Shown in pieces: positions 56,976 to 64,000 of a DNA stretch of 64,000 nt; position 1 is the stretch's first letter, and each line of letters opens with the position of its first letter. The position numbers and the translations under genes are program-made. This stretch comes from an uncultured delta proteobacterium. Its GTDB lineage: Bacteria > Myxococcota_A > Polyangia > Polyangiales > Polyangiaceae. The stretch is from the NCBI GenBank assembly GCA_963841435.1, contig CAWJCS010000006.1, positions 64,001-128,000 of the forward strand. Reading direction: 5' to 3'. Below the pieces are notes generated by a model. It did no database searches. It was not told where the DNA came from and was given only the letters and a program-made list of their open reading frames with translations.

Positions 56976-57737
56976 ACGAGCGCTGCACTAGGGAGTCGCG
57001 GAAAGCCAGAAGCTCAGACCGATGGCGGCGAGCACGAGCACGGCGAGAGCGAGCGCGAGCATTTCGTTTCGTGATGCGCCAAGCTTGTGGTGACCCGGCA
57101 CGCCGGGGATCTGCGGTTCGTCTCGATGACCTTGGGGATGGGGAAGAGAGGCCATGGTTCACCTCCGCGCGGGAAGCTGCATCACCCGTGCCATGGCGCT
57201 GCCCGTCGAGGGGCCACGCGGAAGCCTGACGCTGGGTTGCCTTGCCCCAGCGTGGCGGAATTGCGGCGCGTACCGTTGCGGATGGACACGCGCCGGTGCG
57301 CACAATGCGCGCCCGGCTGCCCGGTATCCCCGACTTTTCCGAGCCGCGCACGGGAAGGGGCTGCACGCCTCCACGGCATGCTCCGGCGTCGGGGGCAGGC
57401 TAGCCACCGCGACGGGTGCTGCGGTGGGACTGGCAGCGCGAGCTTCGGACGTCAGCCCTTCGCAGCTTCGCGTGCAGTGTGCCTTCTGGTTAGTTCGTAC
57501 CGGTAGGGAGCACCTCCAGGCAGCCAATCAGTGACGCAAATGCGAATTATTTCGTGACCAAAGCAGGCCTTCGACGGCCGACGGCCGAGCAAGGCTTCCC
57601 CGTCTTGCTCGCCCGGCTTCTCGAGGCGGGCGCAATCCGATTGGGCCGGCGTGTCGAATCGATCACATCCGCCGTCGGGGGGAATCAATCATGACCACGC
57701 ACGCGTTGACGAGGCGCTCCGCACCGACCTCCGTGGA

Positions 57738-59003
57738 ATGAAGGAAGTCCCGTTCAGTCGCCGCGAGCTATCCGCGACACAGCGATCCGCGACACGAAGC
57801 GTCAGCTCGGGATCGCCTCGCGGGCTCACGTGGGCGGCGGGGATTTTCGCCGCGCTCGTCGCGTGCGGCGAAGGCGCGACGCCGAGCGCGAACGGCAACG
57901 GCGCCACCAGCGGCAACGCGGGCACATCGGGCGCCAGTGCTGCGTCAGCCGGTGCTTCGGCGCTCGGCGGTGCGTCCGGCAGCGCTGGCACGCCGACTGC
58001 GGGGGGTGGGTCCGGCGGATCCGGCGTCGGTGGCGCTGGGGCTCCCGGCGGCGGCGTGGCCGGCGCGTCGGGAACGCTGCCCTCGGCAGGTGACGCGGGC
58101 ACCGGTGGCACGTCGGGTGCGGGCGCCGGCTCTGCTGGGCAAGCGGGATCGGGCGCCATGGGGGCGACGGCTGGTGTCGGCGGTGTCGGCGGCCTCGGTG
58201 GTCTGGGCGGCGGGGGCGTGTCGGGCGCGGAAGTGGGCGGAGGCAGCGGTGCCGGCCAGGGAGGCGCGGGGCAGGCGGGGGCGAGCGGCGCCGGGAGCAG
58301 CGGTCTGGGTGGTGGCGGCGCGTCGGGCACGGCGGGCTACGAGCCGTGCCCGAGCAGTGGACCCTGCAAGATCATGCCGTTCGGTGATTCGATCACGGAG
58401 GGTGCCGGATACTCGGGCGGTTATCGGGTGGAGCTTTTCCGACAGGCGCACCAGGCGGGAAAGAACATCACGTTCGTCGGCTCTCAAACGAACGGTCCCT
58501 CCATGGTCAACGGGGTCACGTTCCCGGTGCAGCACGAAGGACATGGTGGCTGGCTCATCGATACTTCGGGCGGCCGCTCCGGCATCTCTTCGCTCGTGAG
58601 CAGCGTGATGCCCATGTACGCGCCGCACGTGATCACGCTGATGATCGGCACCAATGATGCCACGTACGACGTGGACATGGCGAACGCGCCGAAGCGCCTC
58701 GGGAACCTGCTCGACAGCATCCACGCCCTGCTCCCCGACGTGCTCGTGGTTCTGGCGCAAACCATTCCGACGCGCGACGACAGCTTCAACGCGCGGCTGG
58801 AGCCTTACAACGCCGCCATTCCGGCCGTGGTTCAGGCGCATCTCGATGCGGGTCAGCACGTTCGGCTGGTCAACATGTGGCCGCTCTTCGCCGACACGAA
58901 CAACTACAAGACCACGCTGCTTCAAGACACCTGGCATCCCACGTCGTCGGGATACGCCATCCTCGGCGCCGCGTTTTACGAAGCGCTCTCCGACGTGCTC
59001 TGA
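57738..59003 (+). CDS. Lipoprotein SGNH esterase (CE3-like) with Gly linker
   Basis: Lipobox LVAC. Motifs PFGDSIT, GGYR, HEGHGGW, IGTND and DTWHP. Start uncertain. Confidence 0.9.
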   Translation: MKEVPFSRRELSATQRSATRSVSSGSPRGLTWAAGIFAALVACGEGATPSANGNGATSGNAGTSGASAASAGASALGGASGSAGTPTAGGGSGGSGVGGAGAPGGGVAGASGTLPSAGDAGTGGTSGAGAGSAGQAGSGAMGATAGVGGVGGLGGLGGGGVSGAEVGGGSGAGQGGAGQAGASGAGSSGLGGGGASGTAGYEPCPSSGPCKIMPFGDSITEGAGYSGGYRVELFRQAHQAGKNITFVGSQTNGPSMVNGVTFPVQHEGHGGWLIDTSGGRSGISSLVSSVMPMYAPHVITLMIGTNDATYDVDMANAPKRLGNLLDSIHALLPDVLVVLAQTIPTRDDSFNARLEPYNAAIPAVVQAHLDAGQHVRLVNMWPLFADTNNYKTTLLQDTWHPTSSGYAILGAAFYEALSDVL

Positions 59004-59247
59004 CCCATTCTCGATGCCGCCATCCGAGCTCTACATGTTCACCGGCTTCAACGCCTCGTCGATGCTTCCCTAGCGTGCGCGGTGCTCGTCCGTGCCCCGT
59101 AATCGTCGGTGCCCCTCGAGCTTCCCCAGCCGATCAGCGCGGGCGGCAGGCGCGTCGGGCCACGGAGCGAGAGCTGACGAAAAGAGTGCTAAAACGCTGA
59201 GCTTGGAAGGCTCCCGGATCGACCCAGTGGCGAGCGGTGACCTCGGC

Positions 59248-60672
59248 GTGACGCGTCACCGGGGAATCCCATTGGTGCTGCTGCTCGCCTTGGGGTGCGC
59301 GCCTTCTGAGCCCTCGGGGGCAGGCACCGGCGGAGCCGCACGAGGCGGGACGGGCGGTGGCGGTGCGGGCGTCTCTGCCGGCGGCAGCGGTGGCCAGGGT
59401 GGCTCCGGTGGATCGTCGGCGGGGATGTCGGCGGCGGGACAGGGTGGCGCGATTGCGGGCGCGGGCGCGGGCGCGGGTGCGGCGGGAAGCTCGGGCGCGA
59501 ACGCCGGACGCGGTGATGGTGGTCGGTCGGGAGCGGGTGGCGCAGCAGGCGACGGTTCGAAGGCGGGCGCGGGCGCCGGCGGAGTGGTCGCAGGAGCGGG
59601 TGGTGGTGGGAGCGGTGGCGATGCCGGCGGCGGCGCGGCAGGAGCCTCGGGAGGCGGAGGTAGCAGCAGCTGCTCGGGACCCGTGGGGACGTTTTCAGGG
59701 GAGCTTGCGAGCGGTATCGCCTTCATCGACACCGACGGCGAGCGCGTGAACGCGCACGGCGGCGGGATCATCCGCGAAGCCAACACCTTCTACCTCCACG
59801 GCGAGTATTTCCTGAGCACGAGCACCGCCAACGACTTCGTCGGGTTTTCCATGTACTCGTCCGACGATCTCAGCACGTGGAAGAACGAAGGCATCGTGTT
59901 GCCCCAGCAGCCGAGCGGGGAGCTTGGCCCGAACCGCAAGGGCGAGCGACCCCACATCATCAAGTGTCCCGCCACGGGCGAGTTCGTCCTTTATGCCCAC
60001 GCCGCATCGCAGGACTACCAGACGGACAAGGAGGTCGTTTTCGCAACCTCACCGACCGTCAACGGCACGTACGCTTACCGAGGGCCGCTCGAGAACGGCA
60101 ACGGGCAGCTGATCGTGCACAGTGACATGAGCGCTTACGCCGACGACACGGGCGCGTACGTGCTCACCGAAAGCGGGCACGTCTTCAGCCTGACCGAGGA
60201 CTGCCACGGCTGGCTCTCCGACCGCTCTTTCTCGGCGGTCAACGGTGACTCGGGTGGCATCGAAGCGCCCACTGTGTTCCGCGCCGGTGATACCTACTAC
60301 TGGCTCGGCTCCTACAAGACCGGATGGCGCGCCAACAACGACTTTTACTCGACGGCTCCCGCCATGCTGGGCCCTTGGACTTTTCAGGGCTTCATAGCCC
60401 CCGTTGACGACCCGACGAACAACATCTCGGACGAACGCACCTGGCTCTCACAGGTCACCTGGGTGGAGCCCATCGTCGGCTGCCAGGGGACCGTCTACCT
60501 CTACTTTGGCGACCACTGGGACGGGACGGAGAGCACGACCGCGCCCGGGCGGCACAACGACCTTGCGACTTACGTCTTTCAACCGCTGGTCTTCGACGGG
60601 CCGTTGATTTCATTGCCCGTGTATCGCGCGAGCTGGCTGCTCGATGTCGGGGCAGGAACCTGGTCGGAATAG
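59248..60672 (+). CDS. Lipoprotein GH43 glycoside hydrolase (resembles exo-beta-1,3-galactanase subfamily 24)
   Basis: Lipobox ALGC. Motifs VNAHGGG, YSSDDL..W, ERPHII, SDM, EAP and YFGDHW. Confidence 0.88.
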   Translation: MTRHRGIPLVLLLALGCAPSEPSGAGTGGAARGGTGGGGAGVSAGGSGGQGGSGGSSAGMSAAGQGGAIAGAGAGAGAAGSSGANAGRGDGGRSGAGGAAGDGSKAGAGAGGVVAGAGGGGSGGDAGGGAAGASGGGGSSSCSGPVGTFSGELASGIAFIDTDGERVNAHGGGIIREANTFYLHGEYFLSTSTANDFVGFSMYSSDDLSTWKNEGIVLPQQPSGELGPNRKGERPHIIKCPATGEFVLYAHAASQDYQTDKEVVFATSPTVNGTYAYRGPLENGNGQLIVHSDMSAYADDTGAYVLTESGHVFSLTEDCHGWLSDRSFSAVNGDSGGIEAPTVFRAGDTYYWLGSYKTGWRANNDFYSTAPAMLGPWTFQGFIAPVDDPTNNISDERTWLSQVTWVEPIVGCQGTVYLYFGDHWDGTESTTAPGRHNDLATYVFQPLVFDGPLISLPVYRASWLLDVGAGTWSE

Positions 60673-60898
60673 ATGCTCGGATCGTCGCTTTGGCGAAACG
60701 CTGGGGCCGTCGACGTTTCAAAGTTATGGACGTGAGCGCACGCTCGGAAGAACGCGTGAGTAAAAGGGTGGCGCCGACAAAGCCCAGAACCTAATCTGAG
60801 GGAATCGAACGCTGCCATCGCCGAGGCGGGCCGGCAGCCTTCTCATCGGACATTTCGGCTTCGGCCGTTCCAACATCCACACGAAGAAGGGAGGCGCC

Positions 60899-62164
60899 AT
60901 GGATCTCCGACCTCGCCCCACTGGTTTTTCCATCGTGGCGCTCGCCACGTTCGCGCTCTGCCCGTCCTGTACCAGCTCGGACGGTGCGGCAACGGGCACC
61001 GGCGGGGGATCGCCCGACGGCTCCGGGGGTGCGTCGGGTGATGCGGGTGCGACGGCAACGTCGGGAACGGCCGGCAACGCCGGGACGACCGGCGCTTCGG
61101 GAACGACCGGTATGGCTGGCACGTCGAGCGGCGCCGGAACGACCGGCATGGCCGGCACGTCAGCCGCGGCCGGCACGACTGCAGGGGGAGGCGCTGGAGG
61201 TAGCGGCATGAGCGGCGCCGCCGGCTCGGCCGACGGAGGCAGCGGGAACGCGGGAGGCGGGGACGGTGCGAACGGCGGCGTCGCGGGTCTCGGCGGAACG
61301 GGCGGCGACGTTGGCACGGCTGGCGGCGGCGCGAGCGGCACGGGCGCGTCCGGTAGCGGCGGGACAGCGGGCGCTGGCACGATGGATCCTGCGCCGAGCA
61401 CCGGTTGCGGCAAGCCCGCCGGGCTCACGAGCGGCCGCGCGAGCATCGACGTCAACGGCAAGATGCGCGAATACATCCTCGCGGTGCCGAGCAACTACGA
61501 CGAGAACGAGCCCTACAGGCTGATCTTCGGCTGGCACCCGTGGGGCGGGTCAGCGCAGCAGATCGCGAGCATGGGCTACTTCGGGCTTTCGAGCGTGATC
61601 GATGGCCAGGCGATTCTCGTCGCGCCCGAGGGTCAGGACTTTCAAGACAACGGACTTGGCTGGGGTAACGCGAACGGCGAGGACATCGACTTTGCCCACG
61701 CCATGATCGATCGCTTCGGCTCCGAGCTCTGCGTTGACGAAAACAGGATCTTTTCCACTGGGTTCAGCTTCGGCGCCATGTTCTCGTTCACGCTCGCCTG
61801 TACGGAGAACAGCATGATGCGCGCCATTGCACCCATGGCCGGCAACGCGACGACGAGCGGCCGCTGCGAGGACGGCACGCGGTCGGTGGCCACGATGGCC
61901 TTCATCGGTACCGACGACAGCCTGCTCTCGGCTCACCGCCAGGCCGTCCAAATTTTCGTCGGGCGAAATGGCTGCTCGACGCAAGCGGTGACGATGCAGA
62001 CGAGCTGGTGCGACGGCCTCGCCTCGAGCTTCGAGCCATGCACCTGTGTGGAATACCCGGACTGCAAGGACGGCTACCCCGTGATCTCGTGCGAGTACAA
62101 GGCCGGTCACCAGTTCGCGCCCAGCGCGGGCGCTACGCTCTGGAGCTTCTTCTCGCAGTTCTGA
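60899..62164 (+). CDS. Lipoprotein alpha/beta-hydrolase, feruloyl-esterase (FaeC/CE1) / PHB-depolymerase-like
   Basis: GGAGG RBS, Gly linker, PSTGCGK, REYIL.VP..YD, LIFGWH, LCVDENRIFSTGFSFG, GH and WSFFSQF. Confidence 0.88.
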   Translation: MDLRPRPTGFSIVALATFALCPSCTSSDGAATGTGGGSPDGSGGASGDAGATATSGTAGNAGTTGASGTTGMAGTSSGAGTTGMAGTSAAAGTTAGGGAGGSGMSGAAGSADGGSGNAGGGDGANGGVAGLGGTGGDVGTAGGGASGTGASGSGGTAGAGTMDPAPSTGCGKPAGLTSGRASIDVNGKMREYILAVPSNYDENEPYRLIFGWHPWGGSAQQIASMGYFGLSSVIDGQAILVAPEGQDFQDNGLGWGNANGEDIDFAHAMIDRFGSELCVDENRIFSTGFSFGAMFSFTLACTENSMMRAIAPMAGNATTSGRCEDGTRSVATMAFIGTDDSLLSAHRQAVQIFVGRNGCSTQAVTMQTSWCDGLASSFEPCTCVEYPDCKDGYPVISCEYKAGHQFAPSAGATLWSFFSQF

Positions 62165-62308
62165 TTTCGCCTCGTTCAATCGTCCAGTTTCCCTCCATCA
62201 TTGGCGTCGGGGTGGACGAACCGGGTGCCTGACCGCGCGCGGTTGACGAGGCGCGGCTCACGCCCGGCCGCTCACGGAGCTAAGCTTTGGGGGCAGGAGA
62301 CTCGACCC

Positions 62309-63532
62309 ATGCGTGCACTCACTTTCGTTTCCTCCACCGTGACCTGCCTCGCATTGGGCGCTGGCCTCGCGACGCTCTCCTGCGGCGACTCGAGCACCGA
62401 TCAGGGAGGATCCGGAGCCTCCGCGGGCACGGACGCAGGCGGCGCCGGTAACGCGACGGGGACGGGAGGCTCGTCGGCTGCAGCTTCCGGTGCGGGTGGT
62501 GCATCGGGGACGTCGGGCGCCGGCGGTACCGTGATGGGTGAAAGTGGCGGCAGCGGCGCGAGCGCTGGGGTGTCCGGCGCGAGTGGCGCCGCCGCGGGCA
62601 TGGGCGCAACCGGTGGCGGCGCGACCGGCGGGTCCGCAGGCTCCATGCCCGACGCCGGCAACGGCGCGGGCGGCGACGCGATGGCAGGGTCGGGCGCGGG
62701 CGGCAGCGCTGGACAAGCCTCCGGTGGTGACGCCGGCACGTCTGCGGCGGGCGGGGCGGCGGGCGGGGGCGGCGGACTGCCCGGCGCAACGCCGAGCGAC
62801 GGCTGCAACATGGCGGCTCCCGCGACCGGACCACGATCGATCGACGTGGGCGGCGCGATGCGCGACTACATCTTGCGCCTGCCGGATGGCTACGATCCCG
62901 CCGTGCCCCATCGCATCATCTTCGCGTTCCATGGCGGGTCCGGGTCCGCCGTTCAAGTCGACAACGGTGATCCGGCGAACACCGCGTCTGATCCCACCGG
63001 ACCCTACTATGATATCATGGACGAATCCGTCGATACGATCTTCGTCGCGGGTCAGGCCGACGGCACGTGGGACACGTCGAGCAGCAAAGACGTTAACTAC
63101 GTCAAAGCGATCGTTGCCGAGCTCGAGAGCACGCTGTGCATCGACACGAGCCGGATCTTCGCTACCGGTTTCAGCATGGGCGCGCTCATGACGATCAACA
63201 ACGTCGGCTGCAAGATGGCGGATGTCTTCCGCGCCATTGCACCGATGTCCGGCGCGCTCACGACCTGTCCGGGCGACGCCGCGATCCCCTACTGGTCCTC
63301 CCACGGCACGAGCGACACCACCATCGACATCAGCCGTGGCGAAGAGGCGCGCGATGAGTTCGTCAGCCGCAACGGTTGCGACGACACGACCGTGGCCAGC
63401 ACCCCCCCGGGCTGCGTCACCTATCAAGGCTGCAACGAGGGCTACCCCGTGAGCTTTTGCCCGTTCGACGGGGTCCACCAGCCGCCGCCTTTCTCGGGGC
63501 CCGCCATCTGGGCCTTCTTTTCTCAGTTCTGA
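62309..63532 (+). CDS. Second lipoprotein FaeC/CE1-like esterase
   Basis: AGGAG RBS, lipobox TLSC, PSDGC, IIFAFH, LCIDTSRIFATGFSMG, HGTSD, DGVH and WAFFSQF. Confidence 0.88.
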   Translation: MRALTFVSSTVTCLALGAGLATLSCGDSSTDQGGSGASAGTDAGGAGNATGTGGSSAAASGAGGASGTSGAGGTVMGESGGSGASAGVSGASGAAAGMGATGGGATGGSAGSMPDAGNGAGGDAMAGSGAGGSAGQASGGDAGTSAAGGAAGGGGGLPGATPSDGCNMAAPATGPRSIDVGGAMRDYILRLPDGYDPAVPHRIIFAFHGGSGSAVQVDNGDPANTASDPTGPYYDIMDESVDTIFVAGQADGTWDTSSSKDVNYVKAIVAELESTLCIDTSRIFATGFSMGALMTINNVGCKMADVFRAIAPMSGALTTCPGDAAIPYWSSHGTSDTTIDISRGEEARDEFVSRNGCDDTTVASTPPGCVTYQGCNEGYPVSFCPFDGVHQPPPFSGPAIWAFFSQF

Positions 63533-63949
63533 ATCGACGCGGGTCCCGGCCAGCGGAACGGCGGGTTTGAGCAGAAACGCTCACGACGCTCTCGACCCGT
63601 GAGCCGCTCGTCGGAACCGAGACGTCAACGTCGCCAAGCCGACCGGGCGACGCGACCGAGCCCCCGTGCTGGAAGTCTGCGTTCGGGGTGGAGTCGAAAA
63701 CGGGTTATGGCGATCGATTGAAAGCTTCGTGCCGGCATGGGCGGCTACCCCTCGACATCCAGCAGTGGAGCCGTTTCGTTCGCGCGCGGCGGTCGAAGCG
63801 GGGTGGCGCGGTCGGTTTCCACCGTCGCGGCGTCGCCGCTCACCGGTGCCCGCCCCCCGCTCGCCGAAGAGTCAGCGCGACGGGGCGGCAAATCCGTAGG
63901 TTGAGCTCACGAAGCCGCCGCACCCCACGCGGCGCTTCCGGAGGCAACC

Positions 63950-64000
63950 ATGGAAACAGAACGAACAGGATGGGAAGAGGAACCGTTGGGCGAGCGCCGC
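63950..64000 (+). CDS. Start of a gene running out of the window
   Basis: GGAGG five bases before ATG 63950; the frame is open to the window end. Confidence 0.5.
   Translation, partial: METERTGWEEEPLGERR

Noticed and set aside
57150-57370. Cobalamin riboswitch (GGGAA ... GCCAC ... GGGAAGG words)
   Set aside because: The core elements (GGTG-AANTCC, CCGCAACTGT, B12 box) are missing and the downstream gene is unrelated to B12.
63850-63930. Glycine or c-di-GMP riboswitch before the last ORF
   Set aside because: Only isolated words (CGCCGAAG, GGCAAA) match; the conserved architecture is not found.
1-64000. Prophage, transposase, integrase, tRNA or rRNA
   Set aside because: No recognisable motifs for any of these were seen.

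Overview
High-GC (roughly 70% by eye) bacterial chromosomal segment. The gene style (lipoproteins with long Gly/Ala/Ser/Thr linkers, Cys-rich proteins, a Hanks-type kinase, a large STAND regulator) suggests a myxobacterium of the Polyangiaceae/Sorangium type; this is an inference. I found no rRNA, tRNA, CRISPR array or intact mobile element. About 45 genes are recognisable: htpG, an exported MsrB-MsrA fusion, a GGDEF plus REC-EAL pair, pirin, a STAND-regulator/OsmC/tandem-AhpD operon, an MHS transporter plus porin, a TMEM175 channel, an RCK protein, a zf-UBP plus cNMP-TrxB-like plus Cys-less DksA trio, and a transglutaminase-like plus patatin pair. The dominant theme is at least 13 proteins with one shared architecture: lipobox Cys, a 50-150 aa Gly-rich tether, then one catalytic or propeller domain. 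Eight of them are plant-cell-wall enzymes (GH12, GH45, PL1 x2, GH43, SGNH/CE3-like x2, FaeC/CE1-like x2 counted as a pair), with no dockerins or SusC/D genes in the window, which points to a dispersed, cell-anchored polysaccharide-degradation system. About ten genes are frameshifted, truncated or internally deleted; this reflects either real decay or long-read assembly errors. All family calls come from motif recognition only, with no database searches.
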